From Perna viridis (taxonomy: Eukaryota): a stretch of 64,000 bases of DNA. The first letter of the stretch is position 1, and the number at the start of each line of letters is the position of its first letter. Under the pieces are notes generated by a model. The model saw nothing but the letters and a program-made list of their open reading frames with translations, was not told where the DNA came from and did no database searches. Below are positions 38,474-52,682 of this stretch, piece after piece. Made by a program: the position numbers and the translations under genes. The stretch is taken from the NCBI GenBank assembly GCA_037379345.1, contig CM074517.1:24738001-24802000 (forward strand), given 5' to 3'.

Positions 38474-39020
38474 TTTTAGCTCACCTGGGCGAAGGCATAA
38501 AAGTGATGTGAAAATTTTTGATCCGTCGAAAAACATGACCGTCGTTACTAAAAATAAAGCATATGGGTCCGGCAGATTTTTTGTAAATATCTCCAAAACA
38601 GTTAGGTTCAGCCAATGTCTGACATGAATGAAAATGTACAGCGTGATGAGATCTATCTAAAGTCAAATTTGTGTGTAAATCTGTGAAATCAAGTTGATGT
38701 TATTGCCCTTTTCGATATTTGTCGCTATTTTCCATGTTATTTCTTTCAAATATCTTCTCCTTTGAAACCACCATGCCAATTTGAACCAAACTTGGTATAA
38801 ATGTTTCTTAGGGTGTTTTGCATAGAAGTGATCCGCCGATTGTGGTCCGTTGAAAAACATAAAAAAATATAAAATAAAATATAAAATAAAAAAAATACCA
38901 TGTCAGACACAAGTATTTTTGCATATATCTATCGTTAGGTTAAGCTACCTTGGACATAGGTAAAGTGATCAGCATGATGAGATCTATCATTGGTCAAATT
39001 TTCGTGAAAATCGGTTAAGC

Positions 39021-39058
<38 letters not shown>

Positions 39059-39257
39059 GCTATTTTAATGCTATTACTCAAATGATTTTCTCCTTAGAGA
39101 CTACTGAACTCAATAATAATTAATATGATTGTTCCTTAGGTATTAGGGTTAGGAATTGTAATTCAAGAAAATATGGGTGTTTTTTTTACAAAAAATAGAA
39201 AGTTGCTTATCGAAACAAGGTGAGCGATTCATTAAGGGTCTTTAAAGCCTCTAATTT
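38474..39257 (+). mobile_element. Non-autonomous Helentron-type (HINE-like) element in the 3' region of gene A
   Basis: Starts TTTTAGCTCACCTG, has the complementary subterminal AGGTGAGC at 39218-39225 followed by a short end palindrome, and two internal ~320-bp tandem units (~38530 and ~38854). Absent from paralogue B. Confidence 0.7.
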
Positions 39258-39274
39258 CATTTATTTGTTTTCAC

Positions 39275-39280
39275 AATAAA
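39275..39280 (+). terminator. Candidate polyadenylation signal of gene A
   Basis: AATAAA in a block conserved with 58713-58880 (AATAAA at 58724). Confidence 0.45.
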
Positions 39281-39528
39281 GGTGTCTTTACACTTCACCG
39301 TGCTTTGTATATCAGTTATACACATGTAATATACGTTTGTCGTTTATTCTTTTATTTTAACATTACATACATCTCTGAATTTACCATCCTAACATAGATG
39401 AAAGAAAAAGACACATTCAGCTCAAATAGAAATTATGAAGAACGTTGAAAAAAGCCATGACATTTAAAAGTTCTAATTTTGTAAATGGCCTTGACCAACA
39501 TCCTACAAATTGACTATAAATTATTCAA

Positions 39529-40215
39529 GAGTAATCAAGGGAACTAAGATTCTCGCTGAAATCAAAAGAATGTAATCAAGGGACGAAGACCAGACATGGA
39601 AAAAACATACATAACAAAGATCATAAAATAACCAAAATAATAGATACCAAGTCACAAAAGTAAATGAGTCAACTCGGACCCCACTAAAAACTGGGAGCAT
39701 GGACCAGGTGCACCGGACAAAGTCACCGACGGACGGACAAGCAACTTTTTGGAGGTTATCACATAATTACGTCGCGACTTTGTGTATACAAAAAAAAAAC
39801 ACATATATGAATCATTTACTAGTTATTGTCTGTATCTCACAGTTCCACGAATTAAATCTTTAAAATTTAATGGAGCGCTTCCTTATTTTTTTCTTTCATT
39901 GTCTGTGTAGACATGTTTCATGGATATCGTATAATATCATTGATTTCACTCTAGCACAGCACTATTTAAAAATGGGAGCATGGACCATGTGCAATTATGA
40001 CACATTGAACAAATCGGTTCTCAGACGGTGCAGATGAACACACCTTAACGATCCACGTATCCATAATAGCGACCATTAAACTTCTGTTGTAATGACTTTT
40101 ACCTTGTATTAACCCAGTTCTAGGAGCCTAATTGTAAGAAGTCTAGCGCGATACAAACATTCTGCGTAATTACGACAAGCATGACGTATGAGTTGTGATA
40201 TGAAAAATCAATACG
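39529..40215 (-). mobile_element. Two older Naiad 3' fragments (39529-39716 and ~39967-40215)
   Basis: Diverged UTR copy, plus a second piece with RT C-terminal codons homologous to 10430-10650. Confidence 0.75.
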
Positions 40216-41349
40216 CATTACCAAAAAAGCAAAGTTTCAATTGTTGTTGCTTGTAAAAAGGCGGTGTCATTTTTCACGTGTTTCTAAATATAATGGGCCT
40301 TCAAAAAGGTAATGTATGGCATCTTCAACCACCCAGCCACAGACACAACCTGGATCATTTACAAAACTAATGCGGACTGGATCTGCATTCAGGGCACGAC
40401 ACCTGTGTCGAACTTTTGTGTATAGAATGTTAAAAAGTCTACAACCTGTGATTTAAAAAGGTTTAATATAAATTTCAAATCGGTTTGCTTTTTTTTAAAC
40501 TAGATATATTTGGAAGATTGCGAATATTTGATTTCATATTGTCCCAAAGTTTAAGTACGGATGGAAAAGAATATTTGGAATTTAACTGTAATCTTGTAAA
40601 TGGTTTTCTATACCTAGAAACGGACCGCAAGTTTCTTTATCTTACATCTTGTTGATACGGTGATAAATAGTCATAGTCATTAAGATCAGATGGACATTCG
40701 TGATGGTGAATTTTATGAAACAAATTAAGTTTTTTTTTTTCTTTTTCTTCTAAATTGCAGGAGTTCGCATCCAGTTTCCAAATATAGGGAGTCTATATTT
40801 GCATATTTTAGAAGAACATTAACAATTCTTATTACCATCTTGTATACAAACATCCCAAACTTCACAAGCATATTCCAACAAGGGTACAATAAAGGCAAAG
40901 TATTTTTTTCTGGTTCTGTCCACTAAGTGTAAATTTAAGTTTACGCAGCATTGAAAGTTCAATCGAAGCGCTTTTCAATATATTTGGAATATGACTCCAT
41001 TTACAATTGGAATGAAATGTAACAAGTGTTTATGATTTTCAACACATCTAATCAACTAATCATTTAATCTTATACCTGGTCTATCCGGTTGGCTTTTTTG
41101 TTTGGTTCATTTGTGGGGTTAGGGTGTATTGAAATTTACCGGCCAGTTTTTTACCAGTTTTACCAGTTATTTATTTTATCTAGATCTGAGTAAATGTTTT
41201 TCTCAATTTGTTACATATTTCTGGAGGCATCTGAAAGTAAAACATCATCTGCAAAAAACTGGATAGACTTGTGGTAAAGTCAGCAAAGTCATTCATATAC
41301 AATAAGAAAAATAAAAAAAAACTTTTGACCTTTTGGAACACTAGCTTTA

Positions 41350-41612
41350 AGAGGAACCAAGATTATAGCGAAAATGAAAAGAATGCAATCCAGAGACAAA
41401 AAAGTAAATGAGAAACTTCAAACTCCACCAAAAACTTCGAGCATGGACCAGGTCCACCGGTAGAGAGAGCGTCCTTTGCTTTTCGAGAACCACCCGCTTG
41501 CTGTACATAAAACGTCAACTCTTGGGTAGACGAAACAGGAACGGAAAACTATGAAGTTGAACAAATCAGTTTTGATGACGCAGATGGATACATCGTAACG
41601 ATCCATGAGTTC
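41350..41612 (-). mobile_element. Older Naiad 3' fragment
   Basis: ggaaccaagattatagcg...gcatggaccaggtccaccggtag...; minus strand reads MDRYDVSICVIKTDLFN. Confidence 0.8.
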
Positions 41613-42559
41613 ATGTAAAGTAATGACTCGCTAGGATTTGAGGTTGAACACTTTGGTATATGTGTTATTATACAATCATGTCAAACATTTGGTATTTAAC
41701 CTAATTGTAATGATAAATTAAATGATTTAATTAAAATTCAAATAACTGTAAAATGTTTGTACAATTCAGTTTAAAGCTTATATACAACTGGATATTTAAC
41801 ATTTCGGAATTCCTAACAATTTTATAAACATCATCAATGGAGATTTTCTTATCTAAAGAATCATTCTAAACTTAAATTTATAAGTTATAGCTATAGAACC
41901 TGGGTTTCTATTTTGATCATATTGATGTAACAAATTATAAAAAAAAAACAATGTTTGTTCAAGCACTCAGTACAAATTCCATATTGTTTGTAATATAACC
42001 ATCTGACAACACAGTTTCATTCGGAATGGTAAATGGTCTGTCATTACCTTTGCCAATGATGACAATACTTTGACAAAATTGTTAAGAGTATTAATGTTTA
42101 TATCCAAGAGATCTTCTTTGCATTTGGTGCCAAAAATTGCGGTAAATCTGTAGGACTAGCTGATCTAAGTCCTTTCCCTTACTCAAATAAAGATATCACA
42201 TATTTATGACTATTGTTTGTATAGCGCAAAAACTTCTCTGCTCAACATGTGTCATTCCATTTTAAATTCAATTTACTTTTCAACTATGGTTTCAAAATTT
42301 TTTTATTACAACCATTCAAAAGTTTGGTTTTCTTGTTTTATTTGGATGCCTCTTATTGTGTATTATATTAACGAAGTCATAATATGTATTACTGACTAAA
42401 GTTCGAATATTAGCCTAAATATGATCGATCAAAACTGCCTATACGGGATTTAGCCGACCAATATGGCTTAAATTACCCGTTCAATACGTCATATTGACCT
42501 GGTTAAAATCCATATTGGCCTATTATGACGTTTTGGACTAGTTGGTCAATAAAGCAATA

Positions 42560-42666
42560 ATTATGTAAGGTTTTCATATTGTCTGAGGTATTGGTCCTCG
42601 GCTCAGTCGTGTATGGTTAGATGAGGACAATTAATAACGCCAATATGAAAAACCTTACGCAATAAT
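42560..42666. mobile_element. Short foldback MITE
   Basis: Inverted arms attatgtaaggttttcatattg and caatatgaaaaaccttacgcaat, plus inner gtcctc/gaggac. Confidence 0.6.
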
Positions 42667-43959
42667 ACAACATTATCTGTATCAGTTTGATAACCACTTG
42701 TATTTTCATTATAATATATGAATTTATAAAATTTACCACACTGCTATCATCCTGAAGAGGGGACCAAAAACGGCCCTTATTGTACCTTGTCCTTTACCAC
42801 TATCATTTTACATCGAATTATTTGAAATGTTATAAAGCATATACAACATGGTTATGGACAAATTAATTTTTATTTATCATCTTCATTTTCACTATTTTCA
42901 CCCAAATAATTTATGTCATTATTATCAACAATTGATAACAATATAGATGTTTATGTATACAAACAATACAAAAAATCACAACCATTGCAGTCTATTATTA
43001 AGTGTTTTTTTTTTATTCTCAATTGTGTTTGCTCTGTAATTGGACTGTTTTGGTTATATGTACTTTTTGGAAGGAAGTCTTTTGAATAAGATCATTTTGG
43101 GATTCACTTTTATTTTTGATATTGGCATTGAAAAACTCTTATCTTGAATTTCGAAGTTAACATACTTTTTTCACTTGTCCTTGAATGTGTTATATGTATC
43201 TTGTCCTCATATAATACGACCGATTGATAGATGTTTGAATGCCGGAAAGAATCTGTGAATGATTTCATCTGCTTCTCTGGACTTTGCCTTAATCTTAACC
43301 AGCAGAGGACTATATATCAGCATGATTCTTCATATGTCAGCTCACAATCCTCAGAATGGCATGTGGGGTTAGCAGATGTGCAGTGCAGTACAGGTCATAG
43401 GAAATGAAGAGTCTATAATTAGCATGGGAAACTCCAGTGTTGTCACAAGATAGGGGTATATTTAGATATCTTTATGGAGATTAGGTTTTAACAGCACATG
43501 AAGGAAATGCACTTATAAAATGTACCGAAATGTTTTTTGTTATTTTTTTTCAGAAACAGTTTTAATTTTCGAAATAAAATGAGAATTTTTTTCACAGCGC
43601 TATGAGAAACAGGTGGTAATTTCTGCGTAGGACTATTTTTGCAAATATTTTTTACGTTCCAAATGTCCACTGGTTGAATTGGTGGTCTGTAATCTAAAAT
43701 AACTAGATATGAGTCTGATAGACAGTTAATTATGCATGTGTGTTCTTATTGCTAAATGAGATGTAATAGTACTTTCCATGATCTTGCGGGATAGGATACA
43801 CTCATCTTGTAAATTTCATTCTTGTGTTCAATTTAGAAATGAGCTCATCGGGTATTAATTTATATTTATTCTTAAGACTCTTTTTGATAGACACGTAGAT
43901 GTACATCGTATATATATTTGAACCAGTGTCTTTACTCCTATTGTGAGGAGAACTTGTGT

Positions 43960-44428
43960 TTTTGACATATCACCAGAATGGGTCACCAATCCTTATTTTG
44001 AGAAAGTTTGGTCTATATTGTACAACATTTCATACAGATTTTGTTTGGAATTTTCACTTTTTTTCCAAACTACCATGCATTAAAACACTGGTATAGAGAG
44101 TTTCTTATAAATTGTTTAAAAAAACATTTCAGCGACAATTGTCAGTATTTCAAAAAGAAAATGGGGGTAACTGAACTATTTTCCTCGTCATATTTAATGT
44201 CAAATATTCCTATTACATTTCTATATAACATTTATCCACCAAACTTATCCCCTTTGAAGATTTTACCCGTTAATTATCTCTCGTAGAAAGAGGCCTTCGT
44301 AAATTAATGCTTGTAAGTTTACTATACAATTTTTTGTGTCAAAAAGTGATTTAAACGTAACATTTAATTGAAAATGATTTGCAAAATGGCAGAAAAGAAT
44401 ATTCCGTGTTATTGGTATGGTCTACCTA
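43960..44428 (+). mobile_element. Diverged relative of the 9460-10011 TIR element
   Basis: Shared tatttcaaaa.ga.aatgggg...actgaact.tttt.ct and terminal ccgtgt.at.ggt.tg.tctacct. Confidence 0.55.
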
Positions 44429-46399
44429 TTACATGTGTAACCGGTGTATCCAAATTAAACAGCTTTCTACTAAGATTTTCGCTTAGTTCATTTTAAAACG
44501 CCTTTGAGAATATGGCTTAATACTAAACTAAGTTAAACGCATTCATAAACTAGTTTAAAATTTAAACCGATTCTTTGAGATTTAAATACGATGATTTCAA
44601 ATCATCACGCCATAAAATATTATTTCGGTATCAAACCAATTTAAGTATTATGTGATTTTTATACAAAAAAACGTTTGACTATTTGCTTATATTTTAATCA
44701 AATTTCATGGATTTTTGTGAGATATAGAACAAACGGATCTTAATTTTCAGGACAATGAAAAAAATACATTTTACAGAAAGTAACAGAGTTTACATAGTCT
44801 ACAGTATAGTTTGCTAATCCAAATTTCAGGGTGATTAGGTGAACGTGAGTGATGTAGCAAAGTTGTTCAGACCATCACATATGTTTGTATCAAATCAGTT
44901 TTGGGATTTATCATTTTAGGCTAAAGTCTGAAAAGTCTAACAAAGAATGAAAGTTTGCACTTGTCCATGATACTTTAAAATTTCGAAGGTTTTCTCCTTC
45001 CTAAAAAAAAACTAGAATATTTGTCTGAACGAGTAATTTTATAGTTCAACGGTTCATAACAGAAATAGTAGTCTACATGCTTCATTGATCTGCAAATAGA
45101 GTTGAATAAAACTCCGATATGCATTGAAGTTTTCACGTTATTTATAGGATCGTTGTATAAAGTCAGAGACAATGGTCGTGCCTTTATGTAATAATCAAGG
45201 AAATTTTTTAGGAGGTAAAAACGAAAAGCCAACATTTTACTTCTTAGGGAGTTCTGATAATAGCGTCCTTTGTAACTTTCTGTTACAATATCCTCCCCAG
45301 AAACTGGAGATAGAAGTTTAACGGACCATCAATACTGTGACAGCGCAAAGGTGTAATCAAAGATACCGTTAATTTCAAGTTCTTTCTTTGTATAAATGAT
45401 ATCTGGATCAGTTCTTGTAAAAAGAATTGTAGCTGATCTCATTTTTTGTGGGGACAGTCATTTTTTTTGCCATCAGTCTTTATGAGATGGCATATTTGTT
45501 TCCACTTTCGAACTTTCTATAGAAGAAGAAGAGTTTTTGATGGTTGTATAACCGTTTTCCTGTACTTGGGAATATCAAATTGTACGCAAGTGTTTTTTTT
45601 ACTCTATTTCAGTATTGGGTAGTCTGTTATTGAAGTAGTATTGTATTGGAAATCAGTATCCATTTTATCTACATTTACTTAGTCACTAAGTTTATGGTTT
45701 TTGACTTGAGATAACAAACTCCATATGACAAAGTGCCACTGATATTATTCACTCTTACTGACTCACACTTAAAACTCTTGCTCAAATCGTTTCTTTTATG
45801 AATAATGGTCTTATAACCACGCTATATCTTGTGACTGTGCTGGCTAGTTGTGTGGTGTTGTTTTCGAATTCGAACACTTGAAATTTTAGCGTTTCTTAGA
45901 CACTTTTATACTTTTCTCGATCAATTTTATATGAGCTTCGCGACGTTTCAGATTTTATTGTTTTATGCATTTGATTACTAATTAATTTCGTTGATCAAAA
46001 CACTATTTCCTTTACTTAGAGACTAGAATTGTATTTGAAAGTCCTTGAACCGTACGTTGTTATTTTCTTTTATGCTGTGCAATTATTTATTTTCACTGCT
46101 CAAATAAAAAAATCCGGATTTATCAATGTCTTCAATTTCTTGTATGTAGTCACCTTTTAAAGATTTCATGTCCATATCAATGCGATATTTCTTTGAGCTT
46201 TATTCCATCGAATAAACAGATAAATTGCAAGTCGTCATCAGTTGAAGTTTTACGTATCGTTTAGCGTGTATCTAAAATCGACCGTATATTCAATATTTGA
46301 CGCACAATATGGCCTCCATTATTTCGCCATTAGTTTTCCTTAGGCTCAAACGTTGTTTTTTGTTTCAATGTCACAAAATACTTCACGCATGGATCGTGT

Positions 46400-46457
46400 T
46401 CAGACTACTTGTTTGGTGAATACCCTCGGACCTATGGAGTGGTATCGTCCCAGTCGT
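46400..46457 (-). repeat. Third copy of the ACnACTGGGnCGAT motif region
   Basis: Reverse complement acgactgggacgataccact..ccgagggtattcaccaaacaagtagtctga aligns with 36037-36105. Confidence 0.65.
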
Positions 46458-46660
46458 TTCTTAATTCACAAATACCAATCAAGTACGGGTAACAATCGCG
46501 GGTTCTCTTGTTTTATTTTATTTTTTTATATTATTTTACACTGCAAGGAAATGGAACTCAACGGATATGGCATCTAGTTTACTTTTTTTCAAGTATAGAT
46601 AGATTTATATATTAGTATACATATTCTTTTGAAATCAATCAATATTTTATCTCCGATTAG

Positions 46661-47142
46661 CCCCGTGCAGGTCCAGGTGGCAAAAGAATAGGCCTGCAGC
46701 AGCGCTAAGCTTGTCGTAAAAGGCGACTAAATAGTGCTCAGAACCCTAGACGGGGGCGAGGGCGCTCTGCCCACAGAGCAACTGGGTTGTGTTCCCCAGG
46801 TGGTGGAATGGGGTACCCCTGGTGTGTTACATGCCAGGGTTGTCAGGCTATAATACGGAAAACCTGACCGCAAACCATAGTGGTGCACTGTGTTGGGAAA
46901 AATGCCACGTTCCTTGCACGTTAAAGAACCCTACTCTGGCATTCTCCCGGAATAGGAACCACAGAAGACTAAATTGCTCGACCCTACCCACCTCTCACTA
47001 TTTCCAGTGGCAATCAAAATTTGTCGACCCCATTATCCTTGTGTCCCATTCCATTTTTCATTTCATCATCATTTCATGTTCATCTCCTGAATATAACTGA
47101 AATATTGCTGCTCGGGCGTTAAACCCCAACAAACAAACAAAC
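46661..47142 (+). mobile_element. SINE-like non-autonomous retroelement with (CAAA)n tail
   Basis: GC-rich 480-bp island with a structured head, central GCACGTTAAAGAACCC (resembles conserved Meta/Deu-type SINE body motifs) and a LINE-type 3' end aatataactgaaatattgctg..ggcgttaaacccc(aaca)n. Absent from the paralogous region near 29530. Confidence 0.75.
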
Positions 47143-50100
47143 CGACAAAATTATAATTACATTAAGTATTATTTATCTAAAACCAACCGGTGGTAGACAC
47201 GAAGAAAAATAATGATTCAGATTTAATTTCAATAGTATTGTATTCAGTTAAATTATTATATTTAAGCTATATCATATTGCAAGTCAATTGGTTCTATTGT
47301 TTCATTATTTCGAAAATTTAACGTAGTCAGTACCTATGTTTTAATATCACTTTTTTATTCTTTAACTAGATCTGACTTTTTCCAGAAACAACGTTTACAG
47401 CTAGTATTAGAATAACCCTGTAAGAGTTAGATCAATCTTTAGTTGATGTATTTCTTTGAATTTTGTGATGTAATAAGTTTTTGTACAGATATCTTATATA
47501 CTTTCATTGTAAATGTTTTTTTTTTTATAAATGCAAATGAGTATTATGTACATGTATTTAGAAATGCATTCCATTTAATTATATTTCATGCAAAGTTCTA
47601 CTGTAAAGCCATTGTGTACTTATAGAAATAATAGTTTGCACAAAGGAAACGTTGCTTATTTTAATTGTTAATTGAATTTTCCCCAAAAAAAATAATTTGA
47701 AAATTAAGAATTGCATATTGAAATGCTGTCAAAACAATCTCTAGAATCTTGAATAATTAAAGCACAAACCAAGATACATCTATGAATTGTTATGTTATTA
47801 TGTAGATTGTCATTATGTAATGTTTTCGTGGCAAAACGTTTTTTCACTGGTGTGTTCTTTTATTTTGATGCTTCGATTTATTTTTGACCATACTAAGAAA
47901 ACACGATAACAAAATAAAAATTGACATCTTCTCGTTATGTTAATATAGAAAGATGAATGTGAATGTTTCAAGACAATAGTGGTTTTTATGCTTTATTTAT
48001 TTTTCCTTTTTTGCAATTTATTCAGAGAAATTTATTTTTTCAAGAAAGTCAAAAACAAAACGTAAACATATGGATAGATTTTTTTCGTTAAGAAATAAAG
48101 ACTAATAAAGTTTTTACGCCATAGATGAAAAATCAAAAGAAAGACTGAATGCATTTCTTAGTAACTTAATCGATCGCATCTATGTAAAATTTATGGAAAC
48201 TGGTTGTTTAAAGACAATTCTAGTACAGATTCATTTGTTTTTCAACTTTTTCAGTGGATAAGTTTACTTGATTTCAATCATACATTCTTGTTCAAATAAT
48301 CAAAAACCAATGATAACCACGTGATTCCTTGGTTTGACGCTTCAATTTTAGAAACAAAAAATAATTAATTAATGGAATATGGACTTGAGACAAATTGATA
48401 ATAAATAATTCTGAATAATTGTTCTTAGTTTGAAAAATCATTAACGACCACGTTGAAGATTTTAGTCTAAGCGTGAGTCACTAAAGACAATTTTCAACAA
48501 AGAAACAGAATTAATATCTATAATGAGGTAGGATACATTTCTATTCCAATTTCTCACATAAACTACAGTAATATCCCTAAGAATTTTTTCATGTTTATCT
48601 ATTTGCATATTTCGAAATTATTGAGAATGATATATATATTAGTTGATACTGCGTTTGTATTTGTTCTGCTGTAAATCTGTTAAATAATTTTCATAATTTT
48701 GATACCAATGCTCTTTAATAAGTTTTTCAAATAGTAGTATCAAATATAATGTACCATTAATACATGTAAAAAACAGAAACCATTTATTTCAACACAGATA
48801 TTGTTGATGTTTAAAGAATATAACAACATTGATTGAAGGGAGAATTTTTTATCATTTTACATTTTTACTACTAATATATTATTTGTCGAAATATAAAACT
48901 TGTGATAAATGTACTGCGATTTGATTTTAGTCATCCTTGTAAATACAAATTTTAAAAAATTAATATTGACGGAAAAATAAATGCAGCTGTTTCTACTATT
49001 TTCCCCCAGATAAAGTACCATTGTAATTGTCTGCTACTATATATGCTAAAATGGACGCCATAAATACCTCCATTGTGGTCGAGGGTTCTTGTAATGCCAT
49101 TCTGGGGTTTTAAAAGATAAATAGATACATTTTTGTATAACATAAACGCTATAGAAATAATTACAACGGTACTTTATATGGTGGAAAATAGTAGATTCTT
49201 TTTATTTCGGCAAGAATTTTGGTTTCCTTTATTACTTTTTTTCTGACGTGTTAGAAATAAATATAAAATAACACAATAATAGGTTCTCAGTTTCTATTAT
49301 GTGCCGCAGTATTTTGAATTTTCATATGAAATGTTCCTTTAAAGTACCAATCCATATTAGACAATGACTGGTTGTGTTGTGTGGTCTGTATTTCTGAATT
49401 TGTACCTGTAAAATGCAAAACAAAATCGAAACGAAATGAAGTGAAAGGAAGCGAAACGGGAACAAAATAAATATCGAAATATTTGACATAGCACGTTCAT
49501 CTCAAAATCAACGAATAAATTCTTAAAAAAAGACAGGATAATAGAAGTTTTGTTTTTGTCTTGATATTGAAAGTTCATATATATATATAACAACATTTAT
49601 CTATAAACTCGTGTTTTCGTTTTGGCTTACGACCATTTATATATTGTTCAGTTCATACATGTAAAGAATATTCAAAGCCATTGTATGATGACAATGTAAA
49701 TGAATGGCGAAAGCCTGATCAAGTTCATATTTAAAATTTGGAATTCTAATTGATATTTAGATAAAGATGAAGGTAATCAGTTTTTAAAACAATAAAAACA
49801 AGGTAGATATATACATTAAAAACTGGTCTAACCAAACCGCTTTAGGACTTAAATAAGTAGAACCCAATTTCAGTTTTATTTACATTTACTTTACATTTAC
49901 AATGTTATCGATCATAATGATGATTGAATAAATTTCCGTTTTCTGCTTCCAAATGTTGACGACCTAGTTAAGACTATTTCCTAGACGTCTAATCATGATT
50001 TTTTTCTACATTTCCCTAAAATTACCCATCAATTTTTTTTTTTAAATTAAAAAATAGTTTAATATTCTTCTTTATATTTGTAGATACAGTTTGTACAATG

Positions 50101-50167
50101 TAAATGTAGTATTAAATTTATTCTATTATAGGTGAAGCGATAGGTTGAATTAAGACGAGCCAAAGAA

Positions 50168-50222
50168 ATGAAAAACTTTCTACATATTCCGTTACTTCTG
50201 GTTAACTGCATCCTACTTAAAG
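50168..50222 (+). CDS. Ig-domain membrane protein B, coding exon 1 (signal peptide)
   Basis: Acceptor before 50132, MKNFLHIPLLLVNCILLK, G|gtatgt. Confidence 0.8.
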
Positions 50223-50783
50223 GTATGTTTACTATTTCTCATCAATTTAGGTACATGCTTGTTATTTTCCATATACTCTGTATTGAATGTGATTGTGCTC
50301 TATTCAAGGGATATATGAGGGGAAATCAATTGAGAAAACTATGACGTAAAGGACAAAAGACGCTGAACAGCACTACATAACTTAACTTTGCACTCAGAAT
50401 AACGAATAGCAAGAACCAAACTAATTTTTTAATCACTTTGCACTTGCAATGTTCAACGAAAAGATCACTTCAGTCAAGCAAATATATATTATTAAACAGG
50501 AGAATTGTAACGCGGTTTCGATATAGGGTTGTTTTGCATTCATTGACTTGGTATTCAGTATTTTATCTTAAAGCAAGGACCAATAGATATCAAGTATTTG
50601 AAGTTAATGATTTGGTACTTTATGTTCTGACTTATTCAGTGATAAAAACGTTTTTCTTTTATCATCTCTTTGCCACTTGTGGTACTTTTTTGCAGTTTTC
50701 TTCATTTTTATCCTTGATAAACTTGCATTTATATTTTTATCAAATTTAAAATTGCTTGAACATATCAAACGAGTTGGTTTTAG

Positions 50784-51089
50784 GTGGATGTCTGGTTGTT
50801 AATACGCATGGTACAGAAGAGAGCGAAGCTGTAGGAGGTTCCCAACTTTTCGAGGTTGACCTAGAAGAGTATACAGGGATAGTGGAAGGTTTTTGGATCA
50901 AGACAGATTTTACAGGAAGAGAACATATTATTCGTATAGATAATCAAAAATATTTTTCAAAGGACAAAGCTGACTTTAGAAAACTTACTATTGACTCTGT
51001 AGAGAATTCTGATGCTGGTTATTATGTCTACCGTGCTACAGATGACTTGGAAACTGTAGATAGTTCTCCTATTATTTTTTTGGTAAAAG
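50784..51089 (+). CDS. Protein B exon 2: Cys-less Ig-like domain
   Basis: 306-nt phase 1-1 exon: GGCLVV..GFWIKTD..KLTIDSVENSDAGYYVYRATDDLETVDS. Confidence 0.85.
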
Positions 51090-51316
51090 GTTTGTATGTA
51101 TTTGGTAGAGATAAAATGGTAATCAAGGGAAACCAAGTTATAACAGTTATCGGAAAGGAAATTATCATCTTAGTTGTCAAAACCTAACGTTTAACTGTTT
51201 TACATTACGGATATTGGTATTATAAAGTATGATGATTGTGTATTACTAACATTTTAATGTGTGTGTTTGTGTGTGTGTGTGTGTGAATACTTAAGTATTC
51301 AGTTTATGTCTTTAAT

Positions 51317-51618
51317 ATGCCACAACACAGGTAGGTACGAACACGTCAACAGAATTAGTTTATCTAGGTCAAACAATGACTGACTTTTTATTACCTACCA
51401 AAGTGATCGTGTGTGTCAACCGTTCATTAAAAAAAGTCTCTGTTTTGGAAACAATCATAAATGGGAATTTAGATGTAAGATACAGTGATAGTATAGTAGA
51501 CCAACATCGTTAAATATTAGAAATATTCAAACGGGAGATTTAGCAGCCTATGTTTGTATGGTTCAGAGTAAGAATTGCATTTGGGGCAGCCCAGCAATCA
51601 CATTACAGTTAGCTACGG
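51317..51618 (+). pseudogene. Dead copy of the second Ig exon inside gene B
   Basis: Aligns with 34060-34368, but the acceptor reads tttaat, the donor reads G|atattt, and the first Cys and Trp regions are frameshifted. Confidence 0.88.
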
Positions 51619-51659
51619 ATATTTAAAGTTTTAGTCGGAAAAATAACAGGTGTAGCCTT

Positions 51660-52085
51660 CTATAACATTGATTAAACTAGTCATCTAGCCCATGTTATGG
51701 AATCGTCATTTATTCAACAAACAAATCTACCCCTATATCATGGAATCATCATTTATAAACCAATATTTCCTTATAACATTGGATTGTCATTGATTCAGCT
51801 ACTAATCAACACCAATACATAAAATAGTCATTGGTTCAACATCCTTACATTAAATCGTCGTTGTTTCAACTACTAATCTACGCCTATAACAAGAAATCGC
51901 AATTTGTTTAGCAAATTATCTGCCCCCAATAACATGGAAACACATTTAGTTCAACTACTAATGCGCCCCTCTAATATGGAATTGTCATTGCTTCTACTAC
52001 TCATCTATACCTATATTATGGCATTGTTATTGGTTCAACAATCTAATCTACCCCTCCATCATGTCATCATTGGTTTAACTTAGGT
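51660..52085. repeat. Intronic ~41-bp minisatellite, paralogue of 34460-34862
   Basis: Same consensus ggaatcgtcattggttcaactactaatctacccctata, ~10 units. Confidence 0.85.
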
Positions 52086-52543
52086 TAATCTAAATCATAG
52101 ATTTGCATTAGGTTCATTATTAATAATTCATCGGCTCAACTCAATATTATTGTCCCTAAAATCATTGCATTGAAGCCGATTTAACCAATATTATTCAAAA
52201 ATGAACTGTCGTCGCTGAACAAATAATCCTTTCTCATATCGCCGACTTTGACTTACTTATGAGATAATTGTGCAAAGGTGAGTTACTGTCCAACCAAATA
52301 GGCTGGTATACTATATAATAGGAGCAATGGACAGCAGCATTGCTTTCACTGATTTTCTTTTTTAGATTGTTAGTTTTTTACTTACATTTTTAGCCTGATT
52401 TTGTTAAATTTTTGACACTCTTTCGTTTTCTTTTGGTATTTGATTTTCAGTTTTTGTTTTGTTTGTTTGTTGCTTATTTCTTTTGGTTTTGTTCTATATG
52501 GCAAGGATTTTTTTGTTTCCTTGTTTTATTTAAGTTTTTTTTT

Positions 52544-52682
52544 NNNNNNNNNNNNNNNNNNNNNNNNNNNNNNNNNNNNNNNNNNNNNNNNNNNNNNNNN
52601 NNNNNNNNNNNNNNNNNNNNNNNNNNNNNNNNNNNNNNNNNNNNNNNNNNNNNNNNNNNNNNNNNNNNNNNNNNNNNNNNNN
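52544..52682. other. Assembly gap
   Basis: Run of N. Confidence 1.

Noticed and set aside
40317-40460. Possible decayed B-box/TRIM first exon (LHSGHDTCVELLCIEC)
   Set aside because: Needs a frameshift and ends in a stop; too short to call.
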